Shown here in pieces: positions 18,146 to 26,974 of a stretch of DNA of 64,000 nucleotides. The stretch's first letter is position 1. Each line of letters begins with the position of its first letter. The stretch comes from Vicinamibacterales bacterium (GTDB lineage Bacteria > Acidobacteriota > Vicinamibacteria > Vicinamibacterales > 2-12-FULL-66-21): positions 67,574 through 131,573 of the forward strand of contig DATBJJ010000103.1 of the NCBI GenBank assembly GCA_036556425.1, read 5' to 3'. The notes beneath the pieces are model-generated. The model did no database searches. It saw only the letters and a list, made by a program, of their open reading frames with translations, and was not told the origin of the DNA. A program made the position numbers and the translations under genes.

Positions 18146-19497
18146 CGAACGATCGACTCGACGACGTACTTTCCTGGCTCGGCGGCCGGCTTGACGAGCG
18201 CGATCCGCGCGGGCTGGCCGACCGCGATGGTGACGCTCCCCTTCGCTTTCCACTCCGGCAGATCGACGATGTCGCCCGTCTTGGTTCGATCGTCGGCGAT
18301 CGGAACGGCGGTCATCCCCGTGGCGTCGATTGTGCGCAGCGCGCCGAGCGTCCGCAGATCGCCAAGATCGTCGACCGTCAGCGACATCTGCATCTCGCGT
18401 CGTCCGTCGACGATCTGCACGCGCCGGTTCGCGACGATCCCGATGTCCGCCGTGAACGGTGGAACGCCGGCGCCGTTGATGAGCGTCGCGTTGGTGATCA
18501 ACACGAACAGCAGACGCGACTCGTTCACCGGGAGCGTTTCGTAGCGGCGAGGATCGGCACGCTCGACCTGTCCGGTGGCGAGCGCGTCGAGCGCCGACAC
18601 GATCGCGACGAAGTTCAAGCGGACGAGCGCGCCGTCCGGCTCCTGCGACGGCCACGGACCGGTCTCGATCAGCACGACCGGCGTTCCCCACAACGTGATG
18701 TTGTCGCCGAACGCGCGGACCTCGAACTCGTCGTCGTACCGGCCGATCTGACCCGACGCAAACGGCTCGAGCGCGTCGCGAATCACGGCGCAGAGCTGCT
18801 TCGTCAGCGTCCGGCCGGCGTTCTCCGTCCTGGCCTCGTCGAACGCCACCGAGAGCAGCGAGATCGATGCGGGCTTCGGCGGATCGCCGACGGACGTCCG
18901 CCAGCCCTGGTTATGCAGGTTGAATCCGACGCGCGGGTTGAATCGATCGCGAAGGCCCTTGAGCGCGCGGCCTTCGGGCGTCTGCAGCCGCAGCGCGTCG
19001 CGATTGACGTCGATGCCTTGCGCGTTGCGGCGCTGAAAGCGCTCCGCGCCGTCCGGATTCAGCATCGGGACGATGTGGAGCGTGAGGCTCGCGAGGATGC
19101 GGCGGACGACCGGTTCGTCGCGGTGCTTTCGCAGGTAGTCGAAGAAATCGAACAGCGCGGAGGTCGCGGTCGGCTCGTCGCCATGCATCTGCGACCACAG
19201 CAGCACGCCTGTCGCCCCCGATCCGACGCGCACTGCGTTGATCGACCGACCTTCGACCGATTCGCCGATTCTCTCGACGGAAAAAAGCTCCGGCCCCGTC
19301 CGCTGGAGCTCGTCGAGGCGGCGGACCACTTCCGCGTGATCGACGAGCGGCGCGAGCGGCGGCGACACGTGCTCCGCGTCCCAGATGCTCGCGAGCTCCA
19401 CCGGGGAAACGAGTGCGTCGCGGGCCGGCTGACGCGCGAGCGGCGCGCTGACGATCGACGCGCATAGCGCCGCCAGCGCGGCGAGCCAGGTTTTCAT
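18142..19497 (-). CDS. Secreted M14-family zinc carboxypeptidase
   Basis: MKTWLAALAALCASIVSA signal, HGDE (HxxE) in WSQMHGDEPT, NPDGAERF and FNLHNQG. ATG 19497 is preceded by GGAG. Confidence 0.8.
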   Translation of the reverse strand: MKTWLAALAALCASIVSAPLARQPARDALVSPVELASIWDAEHVSPPLAPLVDHAEVVRRLDELQRTGPELFSVERIGESVEGRSINAVRVGSGATGVLLWSQMHGDEPTATSALFDFFDYLRKHRDEPVVRRILASLTLHIVPMLNPDGAERFQRRNAQGIDVNRDALRLQTPEGRALKGLRDRFNPRVGFNLHNQGWRTSVGDPPKPASISLLSVAFDEARTENAGRTLTKQLCAVIRDALEPFASGQIGRYDDEFEVRAFGDNITLWGTPVVLIETGPWPSQEPDGALVRLNFVAIVSALDALATGQVERADPRRYETLPVNESRLLFVLITNATLINGAGVPPFTADIGIVANRRVQIVDGRREMQMSLTVDDLGDLRTLGALRTIDATGMTAVPIADDRTKTGDIVDLPEWKAKGSVTIAVGQPARIALVKPAAEPGKYVVESIVR

Positions 19498-19508
19498 GCG
19501 GGCTCCGG

Positions 19509-20036
19509 TCAACGATAGTGCAGCGTCAGCAGCGTCGGCGGTCCCTTCGGTTCCCCCGCCGGCGTGACGAGAAACAGTTTGTCGAACTCGTCGTCCGCGA
19601 TGGCGGGCGGAGTCGCGATCCCCAGCGCTTTGACGATTGGGGGGATTGTATTCGAGTGGCCGATCACGAGCGCGTTGCCCTGTGCCGCCTTGAGCTGCGC
19701 CAGGAGCGACGCCGTATCGCCCGACTTCACCGTGATCACCGGCAGGCCGAGCGCCTTGGCGGCCGGTGCCGCCGTCTGTTGCGTGCGCTTGAATTCCGTC
19801 GCGAAGATGGCCGTGATCCCCGCGTCCTTGAGCACGCCTGCCAGCGACGCCGCGCGCGCGCGACCGATGTCCGAGAGATCGGGATCCGCACCCGCCGGCG
19901 GCGGCGTCGGCGAACCCGCGTCGGCTCGCTCGGCATGGCGCGCGATGAAGATCGTCTGTTGTGCGTTTGCGAGGCGGGCGGCGCTCAGCGCGAACGCGAG
20001 CGCGAAGAGTACACAAATCAGCGTTCGTCGCATCAT
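19509..20036 (-). CDS. Secreted histidine-phosphatase superfamily protein (SixA/PGAM-like)
   Basis: Signal peptide MMRRTLICVLFALAFALSAARLANA, then IARHAERAD (RHG-type motif) and VIGHSNTI. ATG 20036 overlaps the permease stop (ATGA). Confidence 0.7.
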   Translation of the reverse strand: MMRRTLICVLFALAFALSAARLANAQQTIFIARHAERADAGSPTPPPAGADPDLSDIGRARAASLAGVLKDAGITAIFATEFKRTQQTAAPAAKALGLPVITVKSGDTASLLAQLKAAQGNALVIGHSNTIPPIVKALGIATPPAIADDEFDKLFLVTPAGEPKGPPTLLTLHYR

Positions 20037-21352
20037 CGACTCTCCTGACCGATCGATCGGATCGCAGCAACATACAACACGGCGCCCGCCGCAATGGCAA
20101 TCGCGCCCGCGACGAGCTGCTCGGTTCGCGCGCCGGCCAACATCGCGAGCGCAATCACGATTGCGGCGGCGGGAACGAACGGGCCGCCCGGCACCACGAA
20201 CGTCGGCGGACTCACGCGGCCGTCGTAGCGAGCGGAGCGCAGCCGGAGCGTCGACGCGCACGTGGCGACGTAGACGATCAGCCGGCTGATCGCGCTGACG
20301 AGCGCAAGCTGCGCATAGCGGCCCGACAGCGCGAGCAGGAGCGCGACGCCGGACGTCACCAGAATCGCGGTGACGGGCGTGCGGAATCGCGGGTGCACCC
20401 ATCCGAAGACGCGCGGCAGATCGCCCTGCTCCGCGAGCGCGAACAGGTTGCGCGATCCGGACAGCGCCTGGCCCATGTTGTTCCCAGTGGTCGAGAACAC
20501 GGCGCCGACCGTGATCAGCGCGGCGCCGATGCCTCCCATGAAGAGCAGCGCGGCATCGGCGAGCGGCGTCTTCGAACCGGCCAGACCGGGAAGCGTGCCG
20601 AGCGCCACGACCTGCGTCAGCGTCATCACCACCGTCACGATCGCGATGGTCATGATCAGCGCGAACGGCACCGCGTGCCGCGGATCCTTCGCCTCGCCGG
20701 CGGGGACCGGGATCACTTCGTACCCGCCGAACGCGAAGATGAGCAGCAGGCCGGTCGCGGACAGCTCCGCCATCGGCAGGGTCCCCTGCGGCACGAGGCG
20801 CGACGTGTCGACGAAGAAGATGCCGACCGCGATGAACACGAGGATCGGGAGCAGCTTTCCAATCGTCAGCAGGTTCAGCACGAAGCTGCTCTGACGGATG
20901 CCGCGAATGTTGATCGCGGTGATCGCCGCGATCAGAATGACGATGAGCCCCGCGCGGAGGGGACCGGCGCCGAGCGCGGGAATGTAGAAGGCCAGCGCCG
21001 TGGCGAGCACGTTGATCACGGCGGCCCAACTGGCGGCGCGCGTGAACCACAGCATCCATCCAACTTCGAACGCCGCGAATCGTCCGAACGCCGCGCGCGT
21101 GTAGAGATACGGTCCGCCGGTTCCTTCGAACCGGCTGCCGACTTCGGCGAACGACAGCGCGATGAGGAGCGACGCGATCCCGACGGCGCCGACGAGCCAA
21201 GGGCTCCACGCGCCCACGCTCGCCGCGTAGAGCGAGGGCTGAGCGAAGATCGCCGCGCCAATCACCTGATTGACGCCGATCGCGGTGAGGTCCCACCGGC
21301 CCAGCTCGCGTCGAAGCGTGCCCGCCGGCGGCGAGGCAGCGGGACTGATCAT
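20033..21352 (-). CDS. APC-family amino acid permease
   Basis: 439 aa, polytopic, with LTAIGVNQVIGAAIF near the N-terminus. Confidence 0.85.
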   Translation of the reverse strand: MISPAASPPAGTLRRELGRWDLTAIGVNQVIGAAIFAQPSLYAASVGAWSPWLVGAVGIASLLIALSFAEVGSRFEGTGGPYLYTRAAFGRFAAFEVGWMLWFTRAASWAAVINVLATALAFYIPALGAGPLRAGLIVILIAAITAINIRGIRQSSFVLNLLTIGKLLPILVFIAVGIFFVDTSRLVPQGTLPMAELSATGLLLIFAFGGYEVIPVPAGEAKDPRHAVPFALIMTIAIVTVVMTLTQVVALGTLPGLAGSKTPLADAALLFMGGIGAALITVGAVFSTTGNNMGQALSGSRNLFALAEQGDLPRVFGWVHPRFRTPVTAILVTSGVALLLALSGRYAQLALVSAISRLIVYVATCASTLRLRSARYDGRVSPPTFVVPGGPFVPAAAIVIALAMLAGARTEQLVAGAIAIAAGAVLYVAAIRSIGQESR

Positions 21353-21381
21353 CGGCGCGCTGGTTGTATCATGAAACGGCC

Positions 21382-22518
21382 ATGCAAGATCCCGACGTGA
21401 TCGTCAAGCCGCGCGATCTGATGCCGGACACGGCGCGGACGCTGCCCGCGACGTATTACGTCGACGAGCGCTTCTTCGCGCGCGAGATGGATCGGCTGTA
21501 CCGGCGGATGTGGATCTGCGCGGGCCGCACCGAAGAGATCGCGCGCACGGGACAATTCGTCCTCCGGGATCTCGCCGGCGACAGCATCATCGTCACGCGA
21601 TCGAGCGCCGATTCGGTTCGGGCGTTCCACAACGTCTGCAGGCATCGCGGCACGCGGCTGTGCACCGAGACCTCGGGCGCGTTTCCGGGAAGCATTCAGT
21701 GTCCCTACCACTCGTGGACCTACGCGCTCGACGGACGTTTGATTGGCGCGCCGCACATGGACGAGGTGCCGCACTTCCGCAAGGAGGAGTATCCGCTGCA
21801 CCGCGTGCACGCGGACGTGTGGGACGGACATCTCTTTCTGAACGTCGCCGACGCGCCGCCGCCGCTGTCCTCACAGCTCGCGGATCTGCCGGAGAAGTTC
21901 CGGCCGTGGCGGATGCAGGATTTGCGGCTCGGCCGCCGCATCGTCTACGACGTCCGCGCGAATTGGAAGCTGATCGTTCAGAACTACAACGAGTGCCTCC
22001 ACTGCCCGAACCTCCACCCCGCGCTCAACAAGCTCTCACACTATTTGAGCGGCGAGAACGAGCCGCTGCGCGCGACCTACATGGGTGGACGGATGGATCT
22101 CCGGCCGGGCGTCGACACGCTGTCGATCGACGGCAGCTGCCCTCGCGAGCGACTTCCCGGTCTGTCCGCGGAGGACACGCGGCGCGTCTACTACTACGCG
22201 ATCTTCCCGAACATGCTCCTCAGCCTGCACCCGGACTACATGATGGTGCACACGTTGTGGCCGATCGCGCCCGACCGGACGATCAACGTCTGCGAATGGC
22301 ACTTTCAACCGGCCGAGATGGCGCGGCCCGGATTCGATCCGTCTGACGCCGTGGACTTCTGGGACGTCACGAACCGGCAGGACTGGCACGTCTGCGAGTT
22401 ATCGCAGCTGGGCATCTCGTCGCGCGCGTACACGCCGGGCCCGTACTCGAATCGCGAGGATCTGCTCTTCGCGTTCGATCGCATGATCGTCGAATTGCAT
22501 GGGGATTCTTCCGCCTGA
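21382..22518 (+). CDS. Rieske [2Fe-2S] non-heme-iron oxygenase alpha subunit
   Basis: CRHRGTRLC...CPYHSWTY Rieske motif, followed by NYNECLHCPNLHP in the catalytic domain. Confidence 0.85.
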   Translation: MQDPDVIVKPRDLMPDTARTLPATYYVDERFFAREMDRLYRRMWICAGRTEEIARTGQFVLRDLAGDSIIVTRSSADSVRAFHNVCRHRGTRLCTETSGAFPGSIQCPYHSWTYALDGRLIGAPHMDEVPHFRKEEYPLHRVHADVWDGHLFLNVADAPPPLSSQLADLPEKFRPWRMQDLRLGRRIVYDVRANWKLIVQNYNECLHCPNLHPALNKLSHYLSGENEPLRATYMGGRMDLRPGVDTLSIDGSCPRERLPGLSAEDTRRVYYYAIFPNMLLSLHPDYMMVHTLWPIAPDRTINVCEWHFQPAEMARPGFDPSDAVDFWDVTNRQDWHVCELSQLGISSRAYTPGPYSNREDLLFAFDRMIVELHGDSSA

Positions 22519-22552
22519 ACGCGGAAGCCACGCGCACCCAGTCTCGTGGCTT
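22508..22552. terminator. Two GC-rich hairpins between convergent genes; no U-tract
   Basis: CTTCCGC-N6-GCGGAAG (22508-22527) spans the Rieske stop. AAGCCACG-N12-CGTGGCTT lies at 22525-22552. Confidence 0.3.
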
Positions 22553-22570
22553 GCGGCTGTAGCCGGAAGC

Positions 22571-23770
22571 TCAGAGCGGCGGCGTCGCCATCTTGCGCGG
22601 CGGATTGAAGAACGGCGTGGCGACGACCTTCGCGTCGACCTTGTGCCGCACCGCCTCGACCGTGACCTCGACGTGCACGGTCGTCCCCACCTCGTAGTGC
22701 GGCCGATCGATCGTGGCGAGCGCGATCATCTTCTTCAACACCGGCGACCATGTCGTCGTCGTCGCGCGGCCGACCTGCCGCCCGCCGCGATAGACCGGGA
22801 CGGCAACGCGCGACGCGCTTGCGCCTACCGTCGGGGGCAGGCCCAGCCGCTCGTAGATCTTTTCGATGCCGGTCCAATCGAGCTCGAGGCCTGCGACTTG
22901 CCGCGCGTGCCCTTGCCGTTGCTCCTCGCGCAGCGCCTGCTGACCGATGAACCGGCTCTTCGTCGGCGACACCAACCGCCCGAGCCCCATCTCGAACGGC
23001 GTGTACTTCTGCTGCTCGATCATCGCCTTCTTGCTGCTGAAGAAATCGACCTCGATCAGGAGAAGCCCCGCTTCGACGCGCGCGACGTCGAGCGCGAGCA
23101 TCCCCGTCGGCTTGATGTCGAAGGGGCGTCCCTTGTCTATCAGCGCGTCCCACACGTGCACCGCGTCGCTCGACGACATCCAGACTTCGTAGCCGAGATC
23201 GCCCGTATAGCCGGTTCGGGAGATGTCGACGGGAACGCCGGCGATCGTGCCGGGCGTCACGCGGAAATACTTCAAGGTGTCGATGTCGGCGGTCGACGCC
23301 GCGCGAAGGACCTTCGCCGACGTCGGTCCCTGCAGCGCGAGCGCGGCGACTTCCTCCGACATGTCCTCGATGCTGACGTCGAGGCCCGCGGCGTTCTGCC
23401 GGAACCATCGGAGGTTTGGATCCGCCGCCGTCCACCTGAACGCCTGCTCGCCGAGCCGCGACACGGTCCCGTCATCGATGACTTTGCCGTGCTCGTCGCA
23501 CCACGGTGTGTAGTACACCTGTCCGACTGACATCTTCGAGACGTCGCGCGTGATCAGGCGATCGACGAGGCGCGCCGCGTCGGCGCCGGTCACCAGATAT
23601 TTGAAGAGCGGCGACACGTCGATCAACGCGGAGGCATTCCGGATCGCGTTGTACTCGTGCTCGTGATGGCTCTCGTACGCGCTGACCGCGTAGTACCCCG
23701 ACCATTCGCGGTAATTGAGGCTCTCGCAGAGCGGGAACGTCCGTTCGTGAACCGGCGTGCCGATCGGCAT
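22571..23770 (-). CDS. Aminomethyltransferase (GcvT) family folate-binding protein
   Basis: YNAIRNASALIDVSPLFKYLVTGADAARLVDRL matches the GcvT/DmdA-type N-terminal pattern. Length is 399 aa. Confidence 0.8.
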   Translation of the reverse strand: MPIGTPVHERTFPLCESLNYREWSGYYAVSAYESHHEHEYNAIRNASALIDVSPLFKYLVTGADAARLVDRLITRDVSKMSVGQVYYTPWCDEHGKVIDDGTVSRLGEQAFRWTAADPNLRWFRQNAAGLDVSIEDMSEEVAALALQGPTSAKVLRAASTADIDTLKYFRVTPGTIAGVPVDISRTGYTGDLGYEVWMSSSDAVHVWDALIDKGRPFDIKPTGMLALDVARVEAGLLLIEVDFFSSKKAMIEQQKYTPFEMGLGRLVSPTKSRFIGQQALREEQRQGHARQVAGLELDWTGIEKIYERLGLPPTVGASASRVAVPVYRGGRQVGRATTTTWSPVLKKMIALATIDRPHYEVGTTVHVEVTVEAVRHKVDAKVVATPFFNPPRKMATPPL

Positions 23771-23805
23771 GTTCGCTGACTATGATAGCGTCTCTCGATC
23801 GCTGC

Positions 23806-25383
23806 ATGAACCAGTACGACGTCATCGTCATCGGCGCGGGGCACAACGGGCTCGTCAACGCCGCCTATCTCGCGCGCGGTGGCCGAAAGGTCCTCGTTCT
23901 CGAGCGCCGGCACATCGTCGGCGGCGCCGCCGTCACCGAGGAAATCTTTCCTGGCTTCAAGTTCTCCGTTTGCTCGTACGTCGTGTCACTCCTGCGGCCG
24001 GAGATCATCCGCGAGCTCGATCTGCCCAGGCACGGCCTCGAGATCCTGCCGCTCGACGGCACGTTCACGCCGATGGCGGACGGCGACTACCTCTGGCGCG
24101 TGAACGATCACGCGAAAACGCGCCGCGAGATCGCGAGGCACTCCAAGGTCGACGCCGAAGCGTACGACGAGTACGGCAAGGCGATGGTCGACATGGGGCG
24201 CTTCGTGAAGCCGATCCTCAATATGCTCCCGCCGGATCCGACGTCGCTCGATCCGCGCGGGCTGGTGGATCTCATGGCGCTCGGCCGCCGCTTCCAGTCG
24301 CTCTCCAACGACGACAAATACAACCAGATTCAGTTGATGACGATGAGCGCCGTCGACTTTCTGGATCAATGGTTCGAGACCGACGTGCTCAAGGCGACGA
24401 TGTCGGCGTCGGGAATCATCGGAACGTTTCTCGGCGTGCGATCGCCGGGAACGGCATACGTGCTGCTCCACCATTACATGGGGGAGATCGACGGCGCGTT
24501 TCGATCGTGGGGCCTCTCGCGGGGCGGCACCGGCGCGATCTCGGAATCGATCGCCGGCGCGGCGCGCGAAGCGGGCGTCGAGATTCGCACGCAGACGGCC
24601 GTCTCGAAGATCATCGTGAAGGATGGCGCCGCCGTCGGCGTCGTGCTCGAGAACGGCGACTATCTGACGAGCCAGGTCGTGTCGTCGAGCGTCGATCCGA
24701 ATCTCACCTTCCTCCGAATGGTCGGCGCCGAGCATCTGCCGGACGAGTTCGTGTCGGAGATCCGGCGATACAAGTTCCGCGGCTCGTCGGGTAAGGTCAA
24801 TCTCGCGCTGGATGCTCTTCCAAATTTCACGTCGCTCCCGGGCGCCGGTCCTCATCTGCGCGGCGCGGTTTCGATCTCGCCCAGCGTCGACTACATGGAG
24901 CGCGCGTACGACGAAGCGAAGTACGGCCGCTACTCGCGGCGGCCGTATGTCGACATCGTCTTTCCGAGCTTGACGGATCCGTCCGTCGCGCCGCCCGGCA
25001 AACACGTGATGTCGTGCTTCGTCCAGTACGCGCCTTATCACCTGAAGGAAGGATCGTGGGACGAGCACCGGGAAGCGTTCGGAGACACGGTGATCGACAC
25101 GATCGCCGAACACGCGCCGAACATTCGCGACGTCATCCTGCACCGGCAGGTGTTGACGCCGCTCGACATCGAGCGTGAGTGGGGCCTGACGGAAGGCAAC
25201 ATCTTCCAGGGCGAGCTCACGCTCGAGCAGCTCTTCTTTCTTCGGCCAGCCGCGGGGTGGGCGCAATACCGGACGCCGGTCAGGAACCTCTACATCTGCG
25301 GATCGGCCACGCATCCCGGCGGCGGGATCATGGGCGCGCCGGGACGCAATGCGGCCGTGCGGATTCTGAAGGAAACGAAATAG
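23806..25383 (+). CDS. NAD(P)/FAD-dependent oxidoreductase, phytoene-desaturase (CrtI-like) family, paralog 1
   Basis: YDVIVIGAGHNGLVNAAYLARGGRKVLVLERRHIVGGAA dinucleotide-binding motif. C-terminal CGSATHPGGGIMG. ATG 23782 is an alternative start. Confidence 0.8.
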   Translation: MNQYDVIVIGAGHNGLVNAAYLARGGRKVLVLERRHIVGGAAVTEEIFPGFKFSVCSYVVSLLRPEIIRELDLPRHGLEILPLDGTFTPMADGDYLWRVNDHAKTRREIARHSKVDAEAYDEYGKAMVDMGRFVKPILNMLPPDPTSLDPRGLVDLMALGRRFQSLSNDDKYNQIQLMTMSAVDFLDQWFETDVLKATMSASGIIGTFLGVRSPGTAYVLLHHYMGEIDGAFRSWGLSRGGTGAISESIAGAAREAGVEIRTQTAVSKIIVKDGAAVGVVLENGDYLTSQVVSSSVDPNLTFLRMVGAEHLPDEFVSEIRRYKFRGSSGKVNLALDALPNFTSLPGAGPHLRGAVSISPSVDYMERAYDEAKYGRYSRRPYVDIVFPSLTDPSVAPPGKHVMSCFVQYAPYHLKEGSWDEHREAFGDTVIDTIAEHAPNIRDVILHRQVLTPLDIEREWGLTEGNIFQGELTLEQLFFLRPAAGWAQYRTPVRNLYICGSATHPGGGIMGAPGRNAAVRILKETK

Positions 25384-25399
25384 CGGCCGGACCATCTTC

Positions 25400-26974
25400 A
25401 TGGCAGATCCCGTCGTCATCATCGGCGCTGGACACAACGGGCTGACGGCCGCGTTCTACCTCGCGAAGGCCGGCATCAAGACGTTGGTCCTCGAGCGTCG
25501 CGCCGCTGTGGGTGGGTCGGCCGTCACCGGCGAGCTCGTGCCCGGCTATCGATGTCCGACGCTCGCGCACGCGATCGGTCCGCTTCGTCCGTCAATCGTC
25601 CGCGACATGCAGCTCGCCGCGCGCGGGATCGAGGTGGTCAAGCCGGATCCGCGTCTCGTCTCCTTGTCGCCGGACGGCCGCGCGCTGGCGTTCTCGTCCG
25701 ACATCCCCCGCACGGTCGATGCGATCCGTCCGTTCTCCGACACGGACGCGGCGAAGTACGCGGACTTCTGCGCCACGCTCGAGCGTCTCGGCGCCTTTCT
25801 CGGTGAGCTGCTCGAGCGGACGCCGCCGTCGCTCGACGGCCCCGGCGTCGGAGAGTTGTGGGATCTGCTGAAGACCGGCCGGCGATTTCGCGCGCTCGGC
25901 CGCGGCGACGCGTTCCGTCTCTTGCGGTGGATGCCGATGGCGGCCGCCGATCTCGTCGCGGAGTGGTTCTCGACCGATTTGCTGCAAGCCGCGATCGCGG
26001 CGCGCGGCATTTTCGGCGTCGCGCAGGGACCGTGGTCCGCCGGAACAGGCGCGGTTCTGCTGCTCAACGCCGCGATCGATCCGACGCCGGGCGGAAGCAG
26101 CGTGATGGTGAAGGGCGGGCCGGGCGTCTTGACGCGCGCGATGGCGGATGCGGCGCGGCAGGCCGGCGTCGAGATCCGCACGAACGTCGGCGTCGCGCGT
26201 GTGTCGATCCGCGACGGGCACGCGACGGGCGTCGTCCTGGAGGACGGCACGGAGATATCAGCGCGCGCGGTCGTGTCGAACGCGGATCCAAAGCGGACGC
26301 TTCTTCGCCTCGTCGATCCGATCGAGCTCGATCCAGGATTCCTGACGAGGATCCGGAACTATCGATCGCCGGGAACGTCCGCAAAGATCAACCTCGCGCT
26401 GAGCGCGCTGCCGACGTTCACCGGCGTCGCGAACCCGTCGGACTTGAGGGGCCGCGTGCAGATCGGACCGTCGATCGACTACCTCGAGCGCGCGTTCGAT
26501 GCGTCGAAGTACGGCGAGATCTCCGAGGAGCCGTATCTCGACATCACGTTTCCGAGCCTGCACGATCCGTCGCTCGCGCCGTCGGGCGCCCACGTCATGT
26601 CGATCTACGTTCAGTTCGCGCCGTACAAGCTCTCGGACGGCGCGTCGTGGAGCGAGCGCCGGGGCGATCTCTCGCGCCGCGTCCTGACGACGCTGGCGAA
26701 GTACGCGCCCGGCATCGAGCGGCTCGTCGTCGAGCGGCAGATCATCACGCCGGAAGATCTCGAAACGACCTACGGCTTGACCGGCGGCCACATCCTCCAC
26801 GGCGAGCCGGCGCTCGATCAGCTCTTCACGATGCGTCCGGTCCTCGGTTGGGCGCAGTACCGGACGCCGATCGACGGTCTGTATCTCTGCGGCGCGGGCA
26901 CGCATCCGGGTGGCGGCATCACCGGGGGATCCGGCCAGAACGCGTCGAGAGAAATCGTCAAGGATCTCAGATGA
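25400..26974 (+). CDS. NAD(P)/FAD-dependent oxidoreductase, CrtI-like family, paralog 2
   Basis: VVIIGAGHNGLTAAFYLAKAGIKTLVLERRAAVGGSA. Colinear with paralog 1 through to CGAGTHPGGGITG. Confidence 0.8.
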   Translation: MADPVVIIGAGHNGLTAAFYLAKAGIKTLVLERRAAVGGSAVTGELVPGYRCPTLAHAIGPLRPSIVRDMQLAARGIEVVKPDPRLVSLSPDGRALAFSSDIPRTVDAIRPFSDTDAAKYADFCATLERLGAFLGELLERTPPSLDGPGVGELWDLLKTGRRFRALGRGDAFRLLRWMPMAAADLVAEWFSTDLLQAAIAARGIFGVAQGPWSAGTGAVLLLNAAIDPTPGGSSVMVKGGPGVLTRAMADAARQAGVEIRTNVGVARVSIRDGHATGVVLEDGTEISARAVVSNADPKRTLLRLVDPIELDPGFLTRIRNYRSPGTSAKINLALSALPTFTGVANPSDLRGRVQIGPSIDYLERAFDASKYGEISEEPYLDITFPSLHDPSLAPSGAHVMSIYVQFAPYKLSDGASWSERRGDLSRRVLTTLAKYAPGIERLVVERQIITPEDLETTYGLTGGHILHGEPALDQLFTMRPVLGWAQYRTPIDGLYLCGAGTHPGGGITGGSGQNASREIVKDLR

